From: a virus
Taxonomy: Duplodnaviria > Caudoviricetes
Length of the DNA: 30,666 bases
Virus record (IMG/VR): IMGVR_UViG_3300038379_000535
Span: 1-30,666 of that record
Reading direction: 5' to 3' (one strand)
Of this stretch, positions 8,245 through 17,281 are shown in pieces. Made by a program: the position numbers and the translations under genes. The notes under the pieces are model-generated. The model was not told where the DNA came from. It was given only the letters and a program-made list of their open reading frames with translations, and did not search any database. How positions within the stretch are numbered: position 1 is the first letter of the stretch; each line of letters begins with the position of its first letter.

Positions 8245-8598
8245 ATGTTCTGGCCGATCCGCGCGCTGGCGCAAGACATCGGGTTCGCCGTGCACGGGGT
8301 GCCGGCGACCCTGACCAAGCCGCACCCCGACGACGACGTCGTTATCAGCGCGACAGCCGTCTGGGTCCAGCCGCTCGATGAGCAGGACCCGTTCGGCCAG
8401 CAGCTGAAACGGCGCGAGCCCCGCAAGGTGCTCGCCCTAAAGCGCGACGCGGTCGGCACAGAGGTGCCCCGCGGGACCGTCATCGTGGCGCCGGAGCGCA
8501 CCGGTGATGCCGCGAGGACCTGGCGGGTCGAGGGGCTGGATCGGGTCGAGGTCGACCTGGTCCGCGTCATCGTGACCCCACAAGCGAGCGACACATGA
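8245..8598 (+). CDS. Head-tail joining/closure protein (FII-like)
   Basis: 117-aa beta-rich protein between the capsid cement gene and the gpZ-like gene. Confidence 0.65.
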   Translation: MFWPIRALAQDIGFAVHGVPATLTKPHPDDDVVISATAVWVQPLDEQDPFGQQLKRREPRKVLALKRDAVGTEVPRGTVIVAPERTGDAARTWRVEGLDRVEVDLVRVIVTPQASDT

Positions 8599-9158
8599 TC
8601 TCACTCGAACTGGACGGCTACGACGCGCTCAGAGGGGAGCTCGAAGAGTATCCCAGGCGGGCGCAGCGCACGCTGATCCGCGGCCTCAACCGCGGGATCG
8701 GCGCGGCCCGGACGTTCCTGGTGAAGGAGATCGCGCGCGACACCGGTCTGAAATCGGGCGACGTGCGGAGCAAGCTGTTCCTGCGCGAGGCGACGGCATC
8801 ACTCCCGGTCGCCAGCCTGGCCGCGAGCAAGAAGCGGCTGCCGCTGATTCTCTTCGGTGCGCGAGGCCCTGAGCCATCGCGCGGCAAGGGCCGCGGCGTG
8901 TCGTATCGGCTGCCGGGCGGGCGTGGACGAGCCCCGCACGCGTTCCTCGCGACGATGCGGAGCGGGCACCGCGGTGTGTTTGCGCGGGTCGCACGAGGGC
9001 GCCTCCCCATCCGCGAGCTGCGCGGGCCCTCGCTGGGTCGCGTCTTCGCCAAGTTTCGGCCCGACGCGATCGCGCGCGCGAACGCCGTCGTCCTGTCCAC
9101 CCTCCAGCACGAGATCGCCCGCGTGCAGGCTCGGAGCGCCCGTGTCGCAGCCGATTGA
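8595..9158 (+). CDS. Minor tail protein Z-like (tail completion)
   Basis: Highly basic; RGLNRG, AFLATMRSGHRGVFAR...RLPIRELRGPS. Confidence 0.85.
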   Translation: MISLELDGYDALRGELEEYPRRAQRTLIRGLNRGIGAARTFLVKEIARDTGLKSGDVRSKLFLREATASLPVASLAASKKRLPLILFGARGPEPSRGKGRGVSYRLPGGRGRAPHAFLATMRSGHRGVFARVARGRLPIRELRGPSLGRVFAKFRPDAIARANAVVLSTLQHEIARVQARSARVAAD

Positions 9159-9651
9159 GTTCCTGGTCGTTCGCAGCCTGCAGACGGCGCTGCAGGGCAT
9201 TCGTCGAGGGGTGGGCGACTACCACTTCACGGTGGCCGCGTCGGCCGTGAAGCTGGACCCGAACCAGGCGGCCGAGGACCTGCTCGCGCCGGACGGCCCG
9301 CGGCCGTTCGTGCTGCTCGAGCTGCTCGACGAGGAGTGGGACCACAGCGGGTCCGACCAGCAGCTGAATCTGGTGCTGCCGGTGCGCATCCACTGGGTGA
9401 GCGACAGCCGACTACAGTCCGCTGGTCTCGGCACCCCGACGGACGACAGCGACATGCTCGAGACGTTCTACAAGGGCTGCGCGGACGTCGAGACGGCGAT
9501 CCTCAAGGACGTCACACGGGGCGGGGTGGCGACGTCTACGCACATCGTGCGGCGGACGCTCGACACGACCGTCGAGGGGTTGCAGGTGTGGGCCGCGATC
9601 GACGTCCGCGTGCGCATCTCGCGCACGGCGGGTCTGCCGAACGCCGCGTGA
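9142..9651 (+). CDS. Tail terminator (gpU-like)
   Basis: GTG start at 9142 with RBS GGAG; LQTALQGI...Y...V, ADVETAILKDVTRGGVA; located before the tail tube gene. Confidence 0.7.
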   Translation: MSQPIEFLVVRSLQTALQGIRRGVGDYHFTVAASAVKLDPNQAAEDLLAPDGPRPFVLLELLDEEWDHSGSDQQLNLVLPVRIHWVSDSRLQSAGLGTPTDDSDMLETFYKGCADVETAILKDVTRGGVATSTHIVRRTLDTTVEGLQVWAAIDVRVRISRTAGLPNAA

Positions 9652-9658
9652 GGAGCGG

Positions 9659-9895
9659 ATGCGACGCGCCACCTGTCACAGCGGGGAGTTCGCGGTGCTC
9701 GGCACCAAGGAAGGCGTCCGTATCGCGGCCGGCTGGAGCGGGGATCTCGACCTGGTCGTCGGCGTCAACGGGGACGGTTCGCCGTTGACGCTCGGGGATG
9801 CGCTGGGTCCGCACGTGGCCACGCACTTCGAGCTCGACGAGCCCGCGGCGAAGAAGCGACCGACGAAGCCGGCCACGCCGGCGAGTGAGGAGTAG
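9659..9895 (+). CDS. Small hypothetical protein between terminator and tail tube
   Basis: RBS GAGGAG; fills the gap exactly; K/P/A-rich C-terminus. Confidence 0.6.
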   Translation: MRRATCHSGEFAVLGTKEGVRIAAGWSGDLDLVVGVNGDGSPLTLGDALGPHVATHFELDEPAAKKRPTKPATPASEE

Positions 9896-9900
9896 CGACC

Positions 9901-11067
9901 ATGCTGCAGCTTGGACGACAGGGGCAACTCTACGGCATCGAAGAGGTGACGTACGGCACGATCCCCGCGATCGCGGCCAGCAACGCCGTCCGGCACCGCA
10001 ACTTCACGCTGACGTTCGACAACAAGAACAAGCGATCGACGAACGAGAAGCGGCAGTCGCCCTTCGAGAACGTCTCGATGCGCAGCGACACGCGGAAGAC
10101 GGGCGAGTACAGCTACGAAGGCCTGCTGCGGCCGTCGGGCACGCTGAACACGCTCCCCGAAGTCGATTTCATGCTCAAGGCTGGCTTCGGGGCCCGCACC
10201 AACGTCACGCTCAGCACGACCGTGAGCGTCGGCACCGGGGCGGTGAGCGGCGCGACGCTCGCGTCGACCACGGGCTTGGCCGTGAAGGACTTTGTCCTCA
10301 TCACCTGCCCCGACGGCAAGAAGCGGCTGCGGCAGATCCTGACGCTGCCGGGTGGCGGCGTGGTGACCTGGGCGCCGAACCTGCCGAGCGGTCAGCAGCC
10401 GGCCGACGGCGCCGCCGTGAAGGGCTGCGTGACGTACAAGACGATCAGCGCCGGGCTGCCGTCGCTGTCGTTCGCGCACTACCTGAAGAAGACCGATGGA
10501 TCAGCCGGACTGATGCGCGCGGCGAAGGGCTGCGCGCCGAACGTGCTTGCGTTGTTGTTGGACGCCAACGACGATGTCCGCATCCAGTTGTCGGGCCCGT
10601 GTAAGGAAGTGGTCGACCCGCCGTCGCAGCCCGGCGGTTTCACGATGGTGGGATCGACGCCGGCGTCGATTCAGACCGGTGAAACCTTCATTGGGAACAC
10701 CGCGATCAAGTTCCTGACCATGCAGTTCACGCTCAACAACGGGCTCTGGCTGCGGATGGACGAGTACGGCGAGACGGCCGCGACCGAGATGATTCGCCGC
10801 GAGCCGCCCACGCTGACCGTGCAGCTCAACACGCGCGCCGAAGACGAGGCGACGCTCTATGACCTGACGGAGGCCGGCACCAACGCCGCCGTCTTCCAGC
10901 AGACCGACTTCACCGAGGGCCGCTGCATCGCCGTCCGCGCGCCCCAGGTGGAGTTCAAACCGCCGTCCACGGATGACCCGATGCAGGAAGTCAAGTGGGA
11001 CTACTCCGGCATGGGGCTCGAAAGCGCGGACGGCGCGCTCGACGCGATCTACGTGGCCCTCGGGTAA
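9901..11067 (+). CDS. Major tail tube protein with inserted beta domain
   Basis: GRQGQLYGIEEVTYGT N-terminus, FTLNNGL, IAVRAPQVEF..P; followed by the G/GT chaperones and tape measure. Confidence 0.85.
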   Translation: MLQLGRQGQLYGIEEVTYGTIPAIAASNAVRHRNFTLTFDNKNKRSTNEKRQSPFENVSMRSDTRKTGEYSYEGLLRPSGTLNTLPEVDFMLKAGFGARTNVTLSTTVSVGTGAVSGATLASTTGLAVKDFVLITCPDGKKRLRQILTLPGGGVVTWAPNLPSGQQPADGAAVKGCVTYKTISAGLPSLSFAHYLKKTDGSAGLMRAAKGCAPNVLALLLDANDDVRIQLSGPCKEVVDPPSQPGGFTMVGSTPASIQTGETFIGNTAIKFLTMQFTLNNGLWLRMDEYGETAATEMIRREPPTLTVQLNTRAEDEATLYDLTEAGTNAAVFQQTDFTEGRCIAVRAPQVEFKPPSTDDPMQEVKWDYSGMGLESADGALDAIYVALG

Positions 11068-11077
11068 GACCCCTGAC

Positions 11078-11250
11078 GACGCGCGCGGGGTGGTCGCGCG
11101 TCCCCACAATCTGACGTCGCACACGGGTGCGTGCCCCGGCGTGTCCTGGCCGAAGGGGCGCGCACCCTCCCGCACCGCGGCGTCTCTGATGAGTGCTCTC
11201 GGCAGGTTTGTAACACGGGCGTCCCGCGCGCCCGCACTCGAAGGAGACGC
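11078..11250 (+). promoter_or_regulatory. Structured intergenic RNA element; the last hairpin sequesters the tail-chaperone RBS
   Basis: Stems 11078-85/11095-102, 11125-37/11155-67 and 11180-96/11234-50, the last covering SD AAGGAG up to the base before the ATG. Confidence 0.6.
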
Positions 11251-11979
11251 ATGGCCGACCAGGAATTCAGGATCAAGAGCTACTACGACCGGACCATCAG
11301 CATCGACGACGATGCGCAGGGCGGCGTGGCCCGCCTGCCGATTCGGATTCGACGCTTCACGCTGGATCAGCTGCAGGCGTTCTCCGCGGGGCTGAAGCGG
11401 TGTGAGAACCGCGCGGCCGATCGCTATTTGTCGCGCAAACCGGACGAGGATGAGCAGGCCCGGGTACCCCTGAGCCATCAAGGCACCGTGATCCAGGTGT
11501 ACGCCGTGCCGGACGTCGAGATTCGCCGGCGGCGGCTGCTGGAGATGTCCGACGCGGAGCGCACGGCGTTCGAGCAGGCCGATGCGGAGGACGAGAGAGT
11601 GATCGCGGCCTTCTACGCGTCGGTCATCACCGACTACGTGTCGGTGCAGCCCGGGGTCCGGCTGCTCTTCGAGGATGCCGCAGGCCAGACGCGGCCCCTC
11701 GCCACGGGAGCCGATCTAGTGGCGGGCTTGGCTGGCAACGCGTCGGCGCTCGCCGCGCTTGTGCGGGCCGTGCGGGAGGAGAACACGCTGTCGCCCGAGG
11801 AAAAAAAACGCTTGCGGTCGTCGCCCGATTTGATGCGTTCCTCGACCGGGCCGGACCGGACAGCAAATGGGGGCGGACCGGGCGCGACTGTCGCGCCTGT
11901 CAACGGGAAGGACTCTGCGGCGAGCGCGCCTGCGTCGGACCTGACCGGGCCGATCCCGTCTGGGTCGACCGTGATGTAG
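11251..11979 (+). CDS. Tail assembly chaperone (gpG analogue)
   Basis: ATG 11251 with RBS AAGGAG; between tail tube and tape measure; contains slippery run GAGGAAAAAAAAC (LSPEEKK). Confidence 0.85.
   Translation: MADQEFRIKSYYDRTISIDDDAQGGVARLPIRIRRFTLDQLQAFSAGLKRCENRAADRYLSRKPDEDEQARVPLSHQGTVIQVYAVPDVEIRRRRLLEMSDAERTAFEQADAEDERVIAAFYASVITDYVSVQPGVRLLFEDAAGQTRPLATGADLVAGLAGNASALAALVRAVREENTLSPEEKKRLRSSPDLMRSSTGPDRTANGGGPGATVAPVNGKDSAASAPASDLTGPIPSGSTVM
11802..11808 (+). other. Programmed -1 ribosomal frameshift site A AAA AAA
   Basis: Codons GAA AAA AAA CGC in the G frame; the -1 frame is open from here to the stop at 12221. Confidence 0.85.
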
Positions 11980-12221
11980 CGCTGCACCGGTGTCCGGTGC
12001 GGCTCTACACGGCCGCGGTCGAGGAAGTGTTGTGGTGGTTTCGCTGGACACACCAGTTACAGGTGTGGGGTGGCGTGGTGCGATGGGAGCGTACGTCGCT
12101 GCCGTGTGAGGGCGGGCTGAATCACCAGCCCGCCAAGCTGATGGAGTCGCTGGCGTGGTTACGCGAGCACGCGAACGTCGTGCTGCTGCCGCGCCAACAG
12201 AATCGACGACACGATGGCTGA
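11808..12221 (+). CDS. gpT-like frameshift extension of the tail chaperone (GT fusion about 323 aa)
   Basis: -1 frame reads TLAVVARFDAFLD...RDCRACQREGLCGERAC...HRCPVRLYTAAVEEVLWWF...LPCEGGLNHQPAKLMESL and includes ORF 11997..12221. Confidence 0.8.
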   Translation, partial: TLAVVARFDAFLDRAGPDSKWGRTGRDCRACQREGLCGERACVGPDRADPVWVDRDVALHRCPVRLYTAAVEEVLWWFRWTHQLQVWGGVVRWERTSLPCEGGLNHQPAKLMESLAWLREHANVVLLPRQQNRRHDG

Positions 12222-15200
12222 CGAAGAAGTCACAATCGTCCTGAGAGGCAAGAATCTCTCGACGCCGCAGTTCGAAGAGGCCCGCCGCCAACTGGCGGGT
12301 TTCAAGGACTCCGTCAAGGACACGTCCGGGCAGGTGAGCGGCCTTGGTGGGATCGTGAAGACCGCCGTCGGGACGATGACGGGATTCATTTCGGCGCAGG
12401 CCATCCTGGGCGCGGTGAGCGGCGCGTTCTCGTTCGCCAAGAGCGCGGCGATCGATATGAACGCGTCGCTCGAAAAGAGCACGCTGCAGTTCGCCACCCT
12501 CATGGGTGATACGGCGCGCGCGGAGCAACACGTCCGGTCCCTCTTCAACTTTGCCAAGTCAACGCCCTTCGAAACCGGTCCCGTCATCGAGGCGTCGCGG
12601 CACATGCAGACGTTCGGCGGCGATGCCCTGAATACGATGGACAATCTGCGGCTGCTCGGCGATGCGTCCGCCGCGACGAGCGCCCCGATCGAGGATCTCG
12701 GCTTCTGGGTGGGCCGCATGTATGCCTCGCTGCAAGGCGGGCAGCCGATTGGCGAAGCGACGATGCGCCTCATGGAGCTCGGCGTCCTGACGCCCCAGAC
12801 GCGGGTGCAGATGGAGGCCTTGGCGGCGTCCGCCGGCGGCGGGGAAAAAGCGTTCTCCCTGTTTCAGGCGAGCCTCGGCAAGTTCAGCGGCGCGATGGTG
12901 ACCCAGGCGAACACCTGGGACGGTCTGATGTCGTCAATCTCCGACGCAATCAACATCACGCTGGCGGATGCGCTTAAGCCGTTTTTCGACGCCGTCAAGG
13001 AGGGCGCGCAGATCGTCCTGCATGCTCTCGGCTCTGAGGGGATGTCTGGTGCAGCTGAGGGGCTCAAGAGGACACTGGCCGCAGTCTTCTCGCGGGATAA
13101 CCTGCTTGGCTTTCTCGATGGGTTGCTTGGCCTGGGGAGTGTGGCGCTGACGACCTTCGACGTCGTCAATCGTGCGGCCAACAGCCTCGGTGTGGTGTTC
13201 TCGACAGTGTTCTCCGGCGTCCTTCGGGGCGTTCAGGCAATGGTTGACGGGTTGCGGGCGGTTACCAACGCCGCGAGCTATGTCGATCCATCTGGCGGAT
13301 TCGAGAGGACGACCGAAGCGCTCGACCGCGCCAGTCAGTCCCTTGTAGGCCTTCGCGGCAGATTTGAAGAAGTGCAGTCCTCGACACTAGAAACGGTGAG
13401 AGGGCAGGGTGTCTTTACTCGGGTTGTTGTCGACGGCAAGGCTGCGATCGAGGCGATGCGCGCGGAACTTGGACGCACGACGGTCGCGACCAACGACCAG
13501 ACCCAAGCAACGGTGCGCGCCCGGCCGGCGCAAGAGAAGAGCGTCGTGCTCACCAAGGAGCAGACGAAGGCACTCAAAGAGGCGGCAGAGGCGGCCAAAG
13601 CCTTCGCCGCCTCCGTCGACTTCTTCGGCACGCGTCTCGACGCGTTCAACCACAATGCGCTCCAGCCTTACGCGGCGGGTCTGTCAGACGCCGCCGCGAA
13701 GGCAGACATCTTCGAAGCGACACAGCCGGTGCTCGCGTCATCGGCCACTGTTGCCGCCCGCGCGATCGAAGAGGCGTGGAGAGCGACGGGGAAGTATGTG
13801 CAGATGACGGGGACGGCCGTCAATCAGACCGGGCTCTTGAGCGGCGTCTTCAACAATCTCGGCCAGAACATCCTGGGCGCGTTTCAGGGGGGCGGCAACG
13901 TCGTCAAGTCAATCGGGTCTGACATTGGGTCGCGGCTCGGCGCCAACCTTGTGAAGAACTTCGGCACGAAGATCACGGGGGTCCTCGGCGAGACATTTGG
14001 CGGTGCGCTGAATGCCGCGTTGCCAGGGATCGGCACGTTGCTCGGTCCGCTGATGGAGAAAGTGTGGGGCGGGCTCAAGAGTCTCTTCGGCGGAATCTCC
14101 CCAGAAATCAAGAGAGCCCGCCAGGACGTCGAGGCCTTCCAGCAGGCGCTCGCGCAAACGCTCACGACGACACAGCAACAGGAAGCCGGCGGGGAGCGCT
14201 GGAAGATGTCGGTCATTGCAGTCCGTGACGCCTACCTGGCCACGGGCCGGACCGCCAGCGAAGCCGAGGCCATCGTCCGGCAGCTCTGGGACACCGATCA
14301 TCCCGACCGCGCGAAGGCCGCGATCGAACAGATCAATCTCGTGCTCGGCGAACAGCAGGGCATCCTGCAGGGCAACCGCGACGAATTGGCGCGCCTCACT
14401 GACGAAATGGAGGGGCTGAAGCGCGACGGCGAAATCACGTGGGAAAAGATGCGTGATGCCGCCGGCCGCTACGGCGTGCGGCTCAGTGAGCTCGGGACGG
14501 ACTTCCAGAACGGCCGTCTCCATGAGTCGTTCCAGACCATCTGGGATGACTTCGTGCTGCTCACTAAGGGTGGCGCGTCCGTGGGCGGCGTGTTGTTCGA
14601 CATGAAAGACGAGATCATCGCGCTGGCGCGCGAGTCCGTCGAGTTCGGCACGACGATCCCGGCGAACTTCCGCCCGCTGCTGCAGAACCTCGAGGAGGGG
14701 GGGCACCTGATCGACGAGAACGGGCAGAAGCTGCTCGACCTCTCCCAGGTGCAGTTCGGCGATCCGATCGTCGCGAAGCTCGACGCCATGACCGAGCGGC
14801 TCGGCGTGGTGGCGGACCGGATCACGGCGCTCACCGAGCTGCTCGCCTCCCGGCTGCCGGCGTCCGCCGATGCGGCGGCCCGCAGCCTCGAAGACACGAG
14901 CCGCCGCGGCATCACGGCGATGGAGGATCTCGGCCGGGCGATCAGCGACGAGGTCATCGAGATGCACTCGCCGACGGGGCTCGAAGGCATCGTGCACTAC
15001 GCCGGCCGCGCGCGCGAGGCCGTGATCCGGATGGCCGGCGATTCGATCATCCACGTGCGACAGTTTGCCGATGAGATCGGCCGCATCCCGCTGGTGATGC
15101 GCCAGGTCTCCGAAGGGCGCCTCCTTCCCGCTGGTGGCGGGCTGCTGATGAGCACGCCTCCCGTGCCGCTCGAGCGCGGGATTACCGAGACGATGTGGCA

Positions 15201-15447
15201 GTGGGCGCCGGGGCATGAGATCCCCGAGCTCACCAAGGGCCTGGCCGAATCGATCACGCTGGCGCACCCGTCGAGCCTCGCGATCGCGCCGTCGGGGGCG
15301 CCGGTCCCCGCGGTCAATGTCTTCGTGTCTGTCGATCGGTCGGGCGAGACGCGGCCGTTGACGGAGGCCGAGTTCTACGCGCTGCAGCAGCGCGGGCTGA
15401 CGACGGGGCGGATCACCGTCCCGAGTCGCGCGATTACGGAGCGCTGA
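12214..15447 (+). CDS. Tail tape measure protein
   Basis: 1077 aa, Ala/Gly-rich and helical; tape-measure motif LFNFAKSTPFE...LRLLGDASAA; C-terminal HSP motif; follows G/GT. Confidence 0.95.
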   Translation: MADEEVTIVLRGKNLSTPQFEEARRQLAGFKDSVKDTSGQVSGLGGIVKTAVGTMTGFISAQAILGAVSGAFSFAKSAAIDMNASLEKSTLQFATLMGDTARAEQHVRSLFNFAKSTPFETGPVIEASRHMQTFGGDALNTMDNLRLLGDASAATSAPIEDLGFWVGRMYASLQGGQPIGEATMRLMELGVLTPQTRVQMEALAASAGGGEKAFSLFQASLGKFSGAMVTQANTWDGLMSSISDAINITLADALKPFFDAVKEGAQIVLHALGSEGMSGAAEGLKRTLAAVFSRDNLLGFLDGLLGLGSVALTTFDVVNRAANSLGVVFSTVFSGVLRGVQAMVDGLRAVTNAASYVDPSGGFERTTEALDRASQSLVGLRGRFEEVQSSTLETVRGQGVFTRVVVDGKAAIEAMRAELGRTTVATNDQTQATVRARPAQEKSVVLTKEQTKALKEAAEAAKAFAASVDFFGTRLDAFNHNALQPYAAGLSDAAAKADIFEATQPVLASSATVAARAIEEAWRATGKYVQMTGTAVNQTGLLSGVFNNLGQNILGAFQGGGNVVKSIGSDIGSRLGANLVKNFGTKITGVLGETFGGALNAALPGIGTLLGPLMEKVWGGLKSLFGGISPEIKRARQDVEAFQQALAQTLTTTQQQEAGGERWKMSVIAVRDAYLATGRTASEAEAIVRQLWDTDHPDRAKAAIEQINLVLGEQQGILQGNRDELARLTDEMEGLKRDGEITWEKMRDAAGRYGVRLSELGTDFQNGRLHESFQTIWDDFVLLTKGGASVGGVLFDMKDEIIALARESVEFGTTIPANFRPLLQNLEEGGHLIDENGQKLLDLSQVQFGDPIVAKLDAMTERLGVVADRITALTELLASRLPASADAAARSLEDTSRRGITAMEDLGRAISDEVIEMHSPTGLEGIVHYAGRAREAVIRMAGDSIIHVRQFADEIGRIPLVMRQVSEGRLLPAGGGLLMSTPPVPLERGITETMWQWAPGHEIPELTKGLAESITLAHPSSLAIAPSGAPVPAVNVFVSVDRSGETRPLTEAEFYALQQRGLTTGRITVPSRAITER

Positions 15448-15449
15448 CG

Positions 15450-16217
15450 ATGCCCAAGCTGCGGTTTCTCGCCACGAATCGCTACCGAGCCTCGACGACG
15501 GCCCTCACCGCCTCGTCGGCGGTCTCCGCGCTGCCCGTCGGGGCCTCGCAGAACCCCGACCGGAGTTACATCTGGCGCAGCGTCGCCGGCACCGGCGTCG
15601 CGACAATCGACATCGACCTCGCGTCCGCGGTGGCGATTGATAGCGTGGCGATCGCCAACGTGAAACTCGTCGGTGCCGGCGTGCTCGAGCTCTACGAGCG
15701 CGGGTCGGCCGGCTCGCCGGGGAGTGCGACACTCGTCGCGACGCTCCCCACGCAGGACCGCGACACGCGCGCGGCGTTCGCGTTCTTCGCGTCGCAGACG
15801 AAGCGGCACTGGCAGCTGAAGTGGACCAACCCGGGCGCGGCGAACGACTACGCCGAGCTCGGCTACGCGTTCCTCGGCGCGTACAGCGAGGTGCCGACGA
15901 ACTTCCGGGTGCCCGTCGCCATCGATCGGGCGGATCCGTCGATGGGGTCAGCGTCGGTTGATGGCCAGGAAACCTGGGCGCGGCGGTCGAAGTTCTTCGC
16001 GGGCGCGTGGGAGTTCGTCCGCGTGTCCGACGCGATGCTGGACCAGCTCCGGCTGCTCTGGGACACGCTCGGCGTGAGCGGCGAGTTCTTCCAGGTGGCC
16101 GATACGGGGCTGCCGTGGACCTGCTGGTATGCGCGGTGCTCTGGCGGGCTGCGTGCGGAGCTGATGGAGCTCGCCGGGCGCTACACGGTGACCCTGCCCT
16201 GGCGTGAGGTGCGGTAG
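15450..16217 (+). CDS. Distal tail (Dit-like) protein
   Basis: Directly after the tape measure; N-terminal galactose-binding-like segment (SYIWRS...IDIDL...IDSVAIAN), C-terminal YTVTLPWREVR. Confidence 0.6.
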   Translation: MPKLRFLATNRYRASTTALTASSAVSALPVGASQNPDRSYIWRSVAGTGVATIDIDLASAVAIDSVAIANVKLVGAGVLELYERGSAGSPGSATLVATLPTQDRDTRAAFAFFASQTKRHWQLKWTNPGAANDYAELGYAFLGAYSEVPTNFRVPVAIDRADPSMGSASVDGQETWARRSKFFAGAWEFVRVSDAMLDQLRLLWDTLGVSGEFFQVADTGLPWTCWYARCSGGLRAELMELAGRYTVTLPWREVR

Positions 16218-16658
16218 ATGGCCGACAACATCACCCTCAACCCGGGGACCGGCGGCGATACGCTCGCCGCGAAGGACGCGTCGAGCGTCAAACATCAGCG
16301 GGTGCTGGTCGAGGCCTCGGTGGCGGGGACGCCGACGGACGTCTCCGCGGCGGCGCCCCTCCCGGTCGTGGCGCGGCGCCGCGGGAGCGCGGACCTCCTG
16401 CTCGACTACCACGCGATGGCGACGTCGGAGCAGAACCCGATCACGGCCACGCTGCACGTCGAGGACGGCCTGGTCATCAACCCCACAAGCAGCCAGGTGC
16501 ACTTCACATTGAAAAACGGCAGCGACCAGGCGTTCTTTACGACCACGCCGATCCCGCCCTTCTCGGCGTTTCCCTTGCCCCCGATGACCTTGACCGGCGG
16601 GCTGAAGATCACGGCCTCAAGCGCGTCGATGCGCCTGCATCTGAGGTATACGCAGTGA
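16218..16658 (+). CDS. Hypothetical virion-associated protein (small beta-sandwich)
   Basis: Abuts the upstream stop (TAGATG); MADNITLNPGTGGDTLAA...KHQRV N-terminal arm; beta-rich; no signal peptide. Confidence 0.7.
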   Translation: MADNITLNPGTGGDTLAAKDASSVKHQRVLVEASVAGTPTDVSAAAPLPVVARRRGSADLLLDYHAMATSEQNPITATLHVEDGLVINPTSSQVHFTLKNGSDQAFFTTTPIPPFSAFPLPPMTLTGGLKITASSASMRLHLRYTQ

Positions 16659-17281
16659 GCCCGACTACCGATCGTCTGTTGCGCGTGCTGCTCTCGACCG
16701 CGCTGGCGCTGCTGCTACTCGATGTGGCGGCGCGGGCGACCGGCGCGGGGTCCGCCTCGCGGGTGCTGGCGCAGTTCGGGTCCGTGATCGTCACGAACAC
16801 GGTGACGGTCAACGTCGACGACGCCAGCGTCGAGGACCCCCTTGGCGAGCTGGCCGGCTCGATCAACAGCAGCGTCCTCGACGTCAACGTGAAGCAGGTC
16901 GGGGGCGCGGCCACGGCCGCGAGCCCCTGCCTACAGACCACCGTCACGACCGATCCGATCTCCGTCACGGCCGACACGGTCATCATCGCGAAACACGCGA
17001 CGAAGAAGACCTACATCTGCAACCTACTGCTCGTCGCGACGACGGCCGAAACTGTGTCGATCATTGAAGGGGACGGCACGACGTGCGCGAACAACCGCGC
17101 GGCGCTCGCCGGGTCGACGACGGACGCGAGCGGCATGGCGTTCGGGGCCACGGGCGGGGTCATCGCGGTCGCCGGCGATGGCGTGGTGCTCAACGGCAAG
17201 ACGGCCAATCGGGACGTCTGCCTCAACGTCAGCACGGGCGGCGTGCGGGTCGCCGGGTGGGTGACATGGGCCCAGCAGTGA
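16655..17281 (+). CDS. Putative exported protein (signal peptide/anchor, 4 Cys)
   Basis: MSPTTDRLLRVLLSTALALLLLDVAARA...RVLA-QFG; beta-rich mature part; GTGA and TGATG coupling to neighbours. Confidence 0.7.
   Translation: MSPTTDRLLRVLLSTALALLLLDVAARATGAGSASRVLAQFGSVIVTNTVTVNVDDASVEDPLGELAGSINSSVLDVNVKQVGGAATAASPCLQTTVTTDPISVTADTVIIAKHATKKTYICNLLLVATTAETVSIIEGDGTTCANNRAALAGSTTDASGMAFGATGGVIAVAGDGVVLNGKTANRDVCLNVSTGGVRVAGWVTWAQQ

Noticed and set aside
11210-11218. GTAACACGG matching the reverse complement of the terS-proximal repeat (61-69)
   Set aside because: A single 9-bp match in 30 kb is compatible with chance
11186-11243. Hammerhead ribozyme suggested by CTGATGAG...CTCGAAG
   Set aside because: GAAG instead of GAAA, and no stem III with an NUH cleavage triplet; the flanks pair directly as one long hairpin
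17083-17280. Extended N-termini in the ORF track (17083, 18072, 23271, 24659, 25680, 8857, 11131, 5742)
   Set aside because: They overlap upstream genes or structured RNA; downstream starts with RBS or stop-start coupling fit better and place signal peptides at the N-terminus
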